The translations under genes and the position numbers were made by a program. Under the pieces are notes generated by a model. It was not told the origin of the DNA and made no database searches. It saw nothing but the letters and a program-made list of their open reading frames with translations. DNA of 30,516 nt, from IMG/VR virus record IMGVR_UViG_3300044259_000054, positions 1 to 30,516 of that record; one strand, 5' to 3'. Below are positions 7,458 to 15,132 of the stretch, one piece after another. Within the stretch, counting starts at the first letter, position 1. Each line of letters opens with the position of its first letter. The stretch is from a virus (taxonomy: Duplodnaviria > Caudoviricetes).

Positions 7458-8134
7458 CCTCCCACGATATCGAAGGCGCTAGGGCGCGGCTGGAAAAGGT
7501 TGCTGGCGGTCAGTCAATGGCGTCGGTCTATCGGACCATGCGCGACCCTTATCGCGTAGACCTCCGAGCCATCCTCGCCGACCACTCTAGATTATTAGAG
7601 CGGGTGCGAGAGCTAGAGGATTCCTCCCGTAACACGGGCAACCACCTGTGCGGCTCGCGGGATGAACCTGCCGTGGGTGTGGCGGCTGCGCTCGCAAAGC
7701 CGGACCTTCGCGTCCTGATCTATCAGTACCACAGCCAAATGCGCGTGAGCGATTGCACGGCGATCCGGTTCAAGTTGGGCTTGCCGTCGCCTCCGTCAGG
7801 ACTTGGCGACACCGAAATCCGCAAGTTCGATCTCGAAAACGCCAAGAAAGCCGGGAAGCTCTTGGCTCTGCGGAGCGAGATGCAAGCAATCATTCGCGCA
7901 GCCACTCCACAGGCGTCGGCTAGCGGCAAGGCGGAAGGCGGCGCCGAAACTGGCTGGCTGATCGAGGAATACAGCACCAAGACCCAGCAGTTCAAAGGCC
8001 GCTGGTGGAATGGCGAAGCGTTCACGCGGGACAGCCTAGACGCCCTTCGGTTTGGCCGCCGCCGGGACGCTCAACGGTACATCGACGACATCGGGTGGAC
8101 CGAGGCCGTTCCGACCGAACACCGGTGGAGGTGA
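7454..8134 (+). CDS. Hypothetical phage protein (mosaic domains)
   Basis: GAGGA RBS, ATGA overlap; C-terminal GWLIE...ALRFGRRRDA...TEHRW segment. Confidence 0.6.
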   Translation: MTSHDIEGARARLEKVAGGQSMASVYRTMRDPYRVDLRAILADHSRLLERVRELEDSSRNTGNHLCGSRDEPAVGVAAALAKPDLRVLIYQYHSQMRVSDCTAIRFKLGLPSPPSGLGDTEIRKFDLENAKKAGKLLALRSEMQAIIRAATPQASASGKAEGGAETGWLIEEYSTKTQQFKGRWWNGEAFTRDSLDALRFGRRRDAQRYIDDIGWTEAVPTEHRWR

Positions 8135-8136
8135 CC

Positions 8137-8340
8137 ATGATCGGCTCCAACATCCCAAAGGCCGTCAAAGCGCGCCTTGATGAGCAACACAGCGACCTTT
8201 GCCGTATGTGGGGCTTGTTCGGTGCGGGCTGCGATTGCGGCGCCAGCAAAGCCGCCACGAGACGGATTGTGTCGGAAGTTAGCGGGCGTTTCCGTCGAGA
8301 AATAGATGCCCTTTTCCCCACCCAAAACAAGGGACGCTAG
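8137..8340 (+). CDS. Hypothetical protein
   Basis: GGAGGT RBS; HSDLC...CDCG metal-binding-like motif. Confidence 0.55.
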   Translation: MIGSNIPKAVKARLDEQHSDLCRMWGLFGAGCDCGASKAATRRIVSEVSGRFRREIDALFPTQNKGR

Positions 8341-8341
8341 A

Positions 8342-8833
8342 ATGTCCGAAGAGCTGACCAAAGCCGCCCTTGGCATCGTCCGAGGCAAACTGTCTCGCTT
8401 TCCAGATCACGGCGCTCGCGACGGCGTAGCGGTCTATAAGATCACCGGCGAAGAGCTTGGTGCCATCACTGATGCACTAGAAGCTCTCGCCCCGCAAGCC
8501 GGGGAGGTGAAGCCGGTGGCGTGGTGCTTGGAAGACGAACGCGGTTGGCACGCTACGCGGGATCAAGAAACAGCCGATTATTGGCTAGGGCAGAAATGGC
8601 CCCTTCAACCACTCTTCACCCACCCTCCCACCAAGGCCCAAGACCCTGACGTTCTGGCCGAACGCGCGGCGCGTGTTGGCTTGGGATGGGCGGAGCCTGA
8701 GCACGACGGGCTTATCGAAAAACTGAAATCTGGCGACGGCTCGGACTACATGGTCGGTCGCTGGCTTGATGCGCTCCGATCCGCCCGCGCCGCCCTCGCC
8801 CCCTTCTCCGTCCAGCCCGAAGGGGAGGGGTAG
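8342..8833 (+). CDS. Hypothetical phage protein (PVAW...PLF motif)
   Basis: Start 1 nt after the upstream stop; KPVAW...QPLFTHP motif typical of phage accessory proteins. Confidence 0.6.
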   Translation: MSEELTKAALGIVRGKLSRFPDHGARDGVAVYKITGEELGAITDALEALAPQAGEVKPVAWCLEDERGWHATRDQETADYWLGQKWPLQPLFTHPPTKAQDPDVLAERAARVGLGWAEPEHDGLIEKLKSGDGSDYMVGRWLDALRSARAALAPFSVQPEGEG

Positions 8834-9136
8834 ATGAAGCTGACCATTCCAGTGAACGGCGTCTACTTCGACCAGATCAAGGCCGGGACCAAGGCGGAGG
8901 AATACCGCCTCGTCACCCCGTTCTGGACCAAACGCCTAGTCGATCGAGCCTATAGCCACGTCGTCATGACGAGGGGCTATCCGGCGCGTGACGACCAAGA
9001 GCGGCGCCTTGAGCTGCCCTGGCGTGGCTTTACGCGCAAGACGATCACGCACCCGCATTTCGGGCCAAACCCAGTTGAGGTCTACGCGATCGACGTATCC
9101 GGCCGCGCCGCTTTATCTGCAAAGGAGGGGGAATAG
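8834..9136 (+). CDS. ASCH/PUA-like domain protein
   Basis: YFDQIKAGTKAEEYR (GxKxxExR), RGY, THPHFG; GGAGG RBS. Confidence 0.85.
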   Translation: MKLTIPVNGVYFDQIKAGTKAEEYRLVTPFWTKRLVDRAYSHVVMTRGYPARDDQERRLELPWRGFTRKTITHPHFGPNPVEVYAIDVSGRAALSAKEGE

Positions 9137-9850
9137 ATGGACCTGCAAGAAGAGATCGCGCGCCTCGTTGATCAGAACGGCTACTGGCAGCGCATGGATG
9201 GGTGCAACCACGCGCTCAATACCGTCACCATGACGGATGAACAGCGGTGCAAGCTGATCGAGGTCCGCGACGACGAGCACCGCGCTACGGCCGAAAGCAG
9301 CGCCATAGCGTCGGCCATCATCCAGGCCATCACCTCCCGCCTTCTTAGCGAGGAGGCGGTGACATCCGCCGCAATGGGCCTTACCGGAGCACGCTGGGAT
9401 AACGGCCACAAGATCGTCACCGGCGCCAAACTGTCTGCGCGCGAGATGGCCGCCATTGAAGCCCGCGCTGCGCTCTCATCCGCTCTAGAGAGGGTGGGGA
9501 TGAGCCGTGTTGAATATGCACGCATGGGAGGGATCATGTCTGGTCGAGCGCGAAACTCAGAAGATGATTTTGAAAACGCTGTATCCAGGGCCCTAGACCT
9601 AAACGATGACAAGATCGCTCGCGAGATGTGGAGCGCTCTCGCCAACGTGGATTGGTTCCATGAAAACGGCGACACCGCCGGTTACAGCTTTCGCGCGGCT
9701 GGAGACTTAATCTCGGCCATTCGCGGCCGTGGAAACTACCTTGAATGGTATTGCTGCGGCCCCTACGCGACCGTTTCTAATCGCGTGGCCGAAGCTATGA
9801 AACAAGAGGGCTGGAGTTACAAGAAAGCGGAGGTTTCTGATGACCAGTGA
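9137..9850 (+). CDS. Hypothetical two-domain phage protein
   Basis: AAGGAGG RBS; C-terminal SALAN...SFRAAGDLIS...GNYLEWYC domain; internal GGGAGG-ATG at 9536. Confidence 0.6.
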   Translation: MDLQEEIARLVDQNGYWQRMDGCNHALNTVTMTDEQRCKLIEVRDDEHRATAESSAIASAIIQAITSRLLSEEAVTSAAMGLTGARWDNGHKIVTGAKLSAREMAAIEARAALSSALERVGMSRVEYARMGGIMSGRARNSEDDFENAVSRALDLNDDKIAREMWSALANVDWFHENGDTAGYSFRAAGDLISAIRGRGNYLEWYCCGPYATVSNRVAEAMKQEGWSYKKAEVSDDQ

Positions 9851-10058
9851 GCTTATCGAGCGCCTGGCGGGAATTCTGATCTGCACCGCCATTCTAACGG
9901 CGTATCTATTCGCGGGGTGGTCTGCACTGGCGGGGGCGTTTCCGGTGCCTGGGCGCGAAGTGAGGTCGCCCCGCTTAGGTCGCGTCATTCTGACGTTGTC
10001 CTGCCTGTCGCTGGCGATCGTTCTGGGTGTGGTTTTCGCGGCCGACGCCTTCCGCTAG
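9840..10058 (+). CDS. Small two-pass membrane protein
   Basis: GGAGG RBS; two hydrophobic stretches. Confidence 0.55.
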   Translation: MTSELIERLAGILICTAILTAYLFAGWSALAGAFPVPGREVRSPRLGRVILTLSCLSLAIVLGVVFAADAFR

Positions 10059-10150
10059 ACCTGTGATATCGGTTTGTCGAGCGGTCGCCTGGGGGCTTGT
10101 TCCCTTGGCGGCCGTTTTTCGTGTAGGTTCCCGACATTCAGCGGAGAGCC

Positions 10151-12106
10151 ATGATGACGAAGAAATCCGTTCCCGAGGGGCGAATGACGGGCCACAAGGG
10201 CGGCCTAGCCATCGCCGACGGCCTGGCGAACGTCGTAACCGGCATGGGCGGGCGTGGGGACAAGCGATCCTTCAACCGCTGGACGCTCGGAATGGGGATG
10301 TTGGGTGTCGACATCATCGACGAAGCCCAGATCGAGGCCGCCTATCGAACGAGCGGCATCGTCCGCAAGGTCCACGACCTCCTCCCCGAGGACATGACGA
10401 AGAAGTGGCGGAAGTGGAACGCCGCGCGGGAGGAGATCGCCGCGCTCGAAGCCGAGGAGCGACGCCTCAAGGTCCGCGAGAAGTTCAAGGAGGCCGCGCG
10501 CCTGGCGCGTCTCCGCGGCGGCGCGGCGATCGTGATGGGCCTGACGGGTGATCTCTCCTCGCCCGCCCCCAGGGCCATCACCCGAGGCGATTTGACGCAC
10601 CTTCACGTCTTCCCGCGCGGCAAGATCCGCTTCGACCAGATCCACACCGATATCAACTCGCCCGACTACGGGACGCCGGTCGCGTTCATCGTCGACAAGG
10701 TCGACGGCACCCAAGAGACCGTCCATCCGTCGCGCGTCATCGCCTTCAAGGGATGTCCGACCGGCGGCGGGGCGACCTACACCAATCAGCAGGACGAGTT
10801 CTGGGGCCTGCCGCTCATGCAGAGCCTAAACGAGAGCCTTCAGAACTTCACCATGGGTCAGAACGGCGTCGCGGCCCTTATCCCCGAGATGAAGGCCGAC
10901 GTGATCCGAATTCCCGGCCTGACCGATCTGGTGTCGACGGCGGCCGGCGAGGCGTCTCTGATGGCGCGCCTGGGCGTTCTGGAAACCGGCCGCTCTCAGT
11001 TCAACGCCACGCTGCTCGACGGTGGCGACGGCTCGGAGGGATCGGGGGAGGAGTGGGAAACCCGTCAGCTCACCATGACGGGCCTCCCCGAGATCCTCAT
11101 GACCTACGCGCACTTCGTGGCCGCCTGGCTCGACGTGCCGGTCACGAAGCTCATGAACTCGCCACCCAAGGGCATGAACGCGACTGGCGAGTACGACGAC
11201 AAGAACTATGCGTCGTCGATCAAGGCCCGCCAGGTCACGGAACTCCAGCCCCGCTTGGAGGCGCTTGACGGCTACCTCTTCAACTCGGCCGGCGTGAAGC
11301 AGACCCAGGACACCACCTGGGAATTCGTGCCCCTTCAGGAGGTCTCGGCCAAGGAGGCCTCGGAGATCGAACTCAACGAGGCCAAGGCGCTCGATTTCAT
11401 CGCATCGTCAGGCCTCATTCCCACCGATGCGCTCTCGAAGGTTCTGGTCAACCGTATGGAAGAGAGTGGCCGCTGGCCTGGGATCGCCGAGGCCGTTCAG
11501 GAAAGCGCCGAGGAGCTTCCGGCCGAACGCAAGGCGCGACTGGAGGAACAGAGCGGCGCGGCGCAGAACGACAACACGCCGCGCGCCGTGGCGGTGGCCG
11601 GCCGGGGATCGTCGCAGCGGATGACGGTTCGCCGGCCTGGCGCGGGATCGATGCAGGACGCGGCGCCGCGCACGCTCTACGTCTCGCGCCGGGTCATGAA
11701 CCCCCAAGAGATCCTCCGATGGGCTCGCGAGAACAACCTCCCCGATCTCCAGAAGGCCTCAGACCTTCACGTGACGGTCGCCTACTCTCGCCGTCCGGTC
11801 GATTGGCTCAAGATGCCGAGCGATTGGAGTGGCGGCGAGGATGGCCGGCTCCGCATCCCGCCCGGAGGCGCGCGGCTGATCGAGCGGCTCGGCGACGGAT
11901 CGGCGGTCGTGCTGTCGTTCTCGAATGATCAACTCGCATGGCGGAACAAGGCCTTCCAAGAGGCCGGATGCTCCTGGGATTGGCCCGACTACGTGCCGCA
12001 CATCACCTTGAGCTGGAATGTTCCGCGAGACTTCGACCTCTCGGCGGTCAAGCCCTATCAGGGGCGGATCGTTCTCAGCCCCGAGCGCTTCGAGGAAATC
12101 GTTTGA
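10151..12106 (+). CDS. Portal protein (DUF1073 type) fused to a C-terminal Acb1-like 2H phosphoesterase
   Basis: Portal motifs (ARLRGGA, VHPSRVI, WG.P, VPVTKLMNSPPKGMNATGEYD..NY) over ~470 aa, then a low-complexity linker and a ~150-aa domain with LHVTVAYS (H540) and YVPHITL (H617). Confidence 0.9.
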   Translation: MMTKKSVPEGRMTGHKGGLAIADGLANVVTGMGGRGDKRSFNRWTLGMGMLGVDIIDEAQIEAAYRTSGIVRKVHDLLPEDMTKKWRKWNAAREEIAALEAEERRLKVREKFKEAARLARLRGGAAIVMGLTGDLSSPAPRAITRGDLTHLHVFPRGKIRFDQIHTDINSPDYGTPVAFIVDKVDGTQETVHPSRVIAFKGCPTGGGATYTNQQDEFWGLPLMQSLNESLQNFTMGQNGVAALIPEMKADVIRIPGLTDLVSTAAGEASLMARLGVLETGRSQFNATLLDGGDGSEGSGEEWETRQLTMTGLPEILMTYAHFVAAWLDVPVTKLMNSPPKGMNATGEYDDKNYASSIKARQVTELQPRLEALDGYLFNSAGVKQTQDTTWEFVPLQEVSAKEASEIELNEAKALDFIASSGLIPTDALSKVLVNRMEESGRWPGIAEAVQESAEELPAERKARLEEQSGAAQNDNTPRAVAVAGRGSSQRMTVRRPGAGSMQDAAPRTLYVSRRVMNPQEILRWARENNLPDLQKASDLHVTVAYSRRPVDWLKMPSDWSGGEDGRLRIPPGGARLIERLGDGSAVVLSFSNDQLAWRNKAFQEAGCSWDWPDYVPHITLSWNVPRDFDLSAVKPYQGRIVLSPERFEEIV

Positions 12107-12132
12107 CGTGATATCAGACTTGGGCTTACAAA
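12103..12132 (+). promoter_or_regulatory. Putative promoter with TGATATCA site
   Basis: TTGACG 12103-12108 immediately followed by TGATATCA 12109-12116; TTACAA/TACAAA at 12126-12132. Confidence 0.4.
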
Positions 12133-12164
12133 GTCCTTGTCAGCGTATCAGACAGCCAGCCCGG

Positions 12165-12211
12165 AAGCCCCGCCACCCCCTCCCCCCCGAGGTGGCGGGG
12201 CTTTTGCTTTT
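12165..12211 (+). terminator. Rho-independent terminator
   Basis: 13-bp stem AAGCCCCGCCACC / GGTGGCGGGGCTT, C-rich loop, followed by TTGCTTTT. Confidence 0.8.
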
Positions 12212-12213
12212 CG

Positions 12214-12333
12214 TGAGGGCGTCGATCAGCTAAGTGGAAGCACCTCGCCGAGCATGGGCGGCCTGGGAATGTGGCTCCGACCCACTCGACGCCCTCAGCC
12301 CAGGAAACCGCCGCGCGCGGAAGAAATGGCGAG
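12214..12333. ncRNA. Candidate structured RNA element
   Basis: Perfect 12-bp inverted repeat 12214-12225/12286-12297 plus crossing helices 12257-12267/12299-12312 and 12244-12249/12328-12333. Confidence 0.3.
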
Positions 12334-12411
12334 CACCTATCTACATCTTGACGATTTGTGATAAATCCCATGCGTGAGACCCAACATGTGGGCCACGTGG
12401 GAAGCCTTTTC

Positions 12412-13560
12412 ATGCTCGTCAGCATTGAAGATACGCTTGAAATAACGGACGCGACCGAGACGTCGGACGGATATCTCGCGCTTCAGGGGCGCGTTGCTCG
12501 AAGCGGCGTCTATCAGTACCTCGGCGCCGAACTTGGTTTCGGCGACATGGGGGTGGTGAACGTCTATCGCCCCGAGAGCTCTGTTTTCGACGCCGCTTCG
12601 ATGGCGAGCTACGCCCACAAGCCGGTTACGAACAACCACCCTTCGGTGAACGTCAGCCGCAAGAACTGGAAAGACCTGTCTCGCGGCTGGAGCGGCGGAG
12701 AGATCAAGCGGGACGGTGACCACGTCTCGGTTCCGATGATCCTCGCCGACGAGGCCCTGATATCGGAATATCGGGCCGGGAAGGTCGAGCTCTCGCCAGG
12801 CTACCGCGCCGAGGTCATTCGCCAGGACGGCGAACTGTCGGACGGGACCAAGTACCAGTTCGTCATGGGCCCGCCCAAGATCAATCACATCGCCGTCGTG
12901 CCGAAAGGGCGCGGTGGTGCGACATGCCGGCTCGGAGACGCCTGGCCGGATAACCCCACCAACCCACGGGAGACCACGGAAGTGACCCTCAAGACCATGA
13001 TCATCGACGGCCTTCCGGTCGCCGAAATCTCGGCTTCGGCCGAAGCGGTTATCACCCGCTACCAGACGAAGCTCTCGGACGCCGACAAGCAGGCCGAGAC
13101 GCTCACGACCGAGGTCAAGAACCTCAAGGACGCGGTTTCGGCCAAGGAAGGCGAGATCGCCGTCCTGACGAAGAAGCTCGCCGACGCCGAGATCACCCCC
13201 GAGAAGCTCGCCGCCCTGGTGGCCGACCGCGCGATGGTGATCGACACCGCCCGCGCCGTCCTGGGTCAGAACTTCTCCGACGCCGGCAAGACCGACGCCG
13301 ACATCCGCCGCGCCGTCGTGGCCGCCCAGCTGGGCGACGAAGCCCTCGACAAGGCCAAGATGGACGATGCCGTGATCTCCGGCGCCTTCCGCCTGATCGC
13401 CAAGGACGCCAAGCCGGCCTCGTCGAGCGAGCGCCATGCTCCGACTATGCGCGTCTCCGACGGCGGCTCGCTCGCCGAGCTCCGCAAGCAGCGCGACGCC
13501 GCCCGATCGGCCCATTTGACCGATCTCCAAACCGCCCACCAAGGCCGCGACGGCGAATAA
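12412..13560 (+). CDS. DUF2213 prohead protease with C-terminal scaffold
   Basis: DGYL...ARSGVYQY, YRPES.VF, PVTNNHP, ELSPGY, NHIAVV..GRGG..CRLGD; coiled-coil C-terminus; ATG 12412 preferred (12358 and 12370 are possible). Confidence 0.9.
   Translation: MLVSIEDTLEITDATETSDGYLALQGRVARSGVYQYLGAELGFGDMGVVNVYRPESSVFDAASMASYAHKPVTNNHPSVNVSRKNWKDLSRGWSGGEIKRDGDHVSVPMILADEALISEYRAGKVELSPGYRAEVIRQDGELSDGTKYQFVMGPPKINHIAVVPKGRGGATCRLGDAWPDNPTNPRETTEVTLKTMIIDGLPVAEISASAEAVITRYQTKLSDADKQAETLTTEVKNLKDAVSAKEGEIAVLTKKLADAEITPEKLAALVADRAMVIDTARAVLGQNFSDAGKTDADIRRAVVAAQLGDEALDKAKMDDAVISGAFRLIAKDAKPASSSERHAPTMRVSDGGSLAELRKQRDAARSAHLTDLQTAHQGRDGE
12982..13560 (+). CDS. In-frame internal start: probable scaffolding protein
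   Basis: GGGAG at 12968-12972 precedes in-frame GTG ACC CTC AAG (MTLKTMIIDG), right after the protease domain. Confidence 0.55.
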   Translation: MTLKTMIIDGLPVAEISASAEAVITRYQTKLSDADKQAETLTTEVKNLKDAVSAKEGEIAVLTKKLADAEITPEKLAALVADRAMVIDTARAVLGQNFSDAGKTDADIRRAVVAAQLGDEALDKAKMDDAVISGAFRLIAKDAKPASSSERHAPTMRVSDGGSLAELRKQRDAARSAHLTDLQTAHQGRDGE

Positions 13561-13587
13561 GCGCCGAAAGCCAGAAGGAGAAGACGC

Positions 13588-14064
13588 ATGGCCGTCGTTC
13601 AAAGCACCTATACCGAAACCCTGACGAAGGGTTATCCCGGCCAAGTGGCCAACGGCGAGACGAGCAATCGCATCTCGCGCACCTGCGAGGATGCGGCCGG
13701 CATCGCCTTCGGCGCCCCGGTCTATCGCGGCTCCGGCGATCACGGCTGCACCGCCACCGTCGGCACTGCCGCGACGTTCCTTGGCTTCGCCATCGCGGAC
13801 CACGGCATCCAGCCGCTTCCGGGCGGCGTCGCGGCCGACCTCTATCCGCAGTATTCCACCGTCGCGATCCTGACGGGCGGCGTCATGTGGGTCACGGCCG
13901 GCGGCGCGGTTGCCGATGGCGCGGCCGTCACCGTTGGCAAGAGCGGCGGCGCGGCTGATGGCATCGGTCAAACCGCCGCCGACGCGACCCACATCGCCGC
14001 CACCGGCTGGGTCTTCGACGACACTCTCGCCGCGACGGGCCTGGCCCGCGTGGCCAAGCGCTAA
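13588..14064 (+). CDS. Capsid decoration/cement protein
   Basis: AAGGAG RBS; Gly/Ala/Thr-rich 158 aa (IAFG.PV, G..WV); lies between scaffold and MCP. Confidence 0.75.
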   Translation: MAVVQSTYTETLTKGYPGQVANGETSNRISRTCEDAAGIAFGAPVYRGSGDHGCTATVGTAATFLGFAIADHGIQPLPGGVAADLYPQYSTVAILTGGVMWVTAGGAVADGAAVTVGKSGGAADGIGQTAADATHIAATGWVFDDTLAATGLARVAKR

Positions 14065-14078
14065 AGGAGCGTCAGACT

Positions 14079-15026
14079 ATGCGCGATATCGATTTCAACG
14101 ACGCCCAGCAGGCGCTCGGCTTCATCCTGCCCCAACAGCTTCGGATCGAGACCGAAGTCTACAAGATCAAGTATCCGTCGTTCGACTATGCCCGCTTGTT
14201 GCCCGTCATCACCGACGGCGACATGTGGGACGTCGGCTCGGTCTTCTTCTCGGGCGACATCGCTGGCAAGGCGGAGTTCCTGTCCAACAAGGGCTTCGAC
14301 ATGCCCTATGCGGACATCGCGAAGTCTCAGTTCATCCAGACTAACCAACTGGCCGGCATCGGCTACGAGTGGTCGCTGGGCGAGCTGAAGCGCGCAGAAA
14401 GGCTCGGCCAAGACCTCGGCGCCGACAAGGCCGCCGCCGCCCGCAAGGTGGCGGAGCAGTTCCTCTACAACATCGCCCTCACGGGCAGCACGGAGAAGAA
14501 CTGGACGGGCATGATCAACGACGCCAACGTGCCCACGGCCAACGTCACGGCCGATGGTACGAGCTCGACGACCTCCTGGGACAACAAGACGGCGCTCCAA
14601 ATCCTCCGCGACATCAACGCAGCGATCGAGGCGGTCTACAACAACACCCTTGAGACCGAAGTCGCCGACAGCCTGGCGCTCCCGACCTCGCGGCTTCAAC
14701 TGATCGCCAGGACGCCGATAGGCGACAACGCCGACAAGACGATCCTGACCTTCATCCGCGAGAACAACGCCTACACGGCCGAGACGGGCCGCCCGCTCAA
14801 CATCAAGGGCGTGCGGAACCTCGAAACCGCTGGCGCGAGCTCGACCAAGCGGATGATCGCCTACTCGAACAACCGCGACGTGCTGCGCTTCCACCTTCCG
14901 GGGCCGCACGAGTTCATCGAGCCCTTCCGCAAGTCCTCGATGACCTGGGAAGTCGCGGGCATCATGAACACCGGCGGGACGGAAATCCGTCTGCCGAAGG
15001 GTATGGTCTACCGCGACGGCGTGTAA
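14079..15026 (+). CDS. Major capsid protein (DUF2184 family, HK97 fold)
   Basis: 315 aa; GIGYEWSLGEL..A, TGMIND.NV, MIAY, GGTEIR.P; synteny. Confidence 0.9.
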   Translation: MRDIDFNDAQQALGFILPQQLRIETEVYKIKYPSFDYARLLPVITDGDMWDVGSVFFSGDIAGKAEFLSNKGFDMPYADIAKSQFIQTNQLAGIGYEWSLGELKRAERLGQDLGADKAAAARKVAEQFLYNIALTGSTEKNWTGMINDANVPTANVTADGTSSTTSWDNKTALQILRDINAAIEAVYNNTLETEVADSLALPTSRLQLIARTPIGDNADKTILTFIRENNAYTAETGRPLNIKGVRNLETAGASSTKRMIAYSNNRDVLRFHLPGPHEFIEPFRKSSMTWEVAGIMNTGGTEIRLPKGMVYRDGV

Positions 15027-15049
15027 GGCTAGACCTAGTTGGAAACGCT

Positions 15050-15080
15050 AAGGCCCCGGCTTCATTGTCGGGGCCTTTTG
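15050..15080 (+). terminator. Rho-independent terminator after the major capsid gene
   Basis: AAGGCCCCGGC-TTCATT-GTCGGGGCCTT followed by TTG. Confidence 0.8.
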
Positions 15081-15132
15081 CGTTCTGTATGGTCCCCCCG
15101 ATGGATTTCATCGCTCTAGAGGAGAAAGAGAC

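Noticed and set aside
12211-12340. Hammerhead or HDV/theta ribozyme
   Set aside because: Could not place a canonical CUGANGA/GAAA core or the HDV P1-P4 topology on either strand; kept only as a generic structured candidate
12337-13992. 551-aa minus-strand ORF
   Set aside because: Antisense shadow of GC3-biased head genes; no RBS or recognisable motifs
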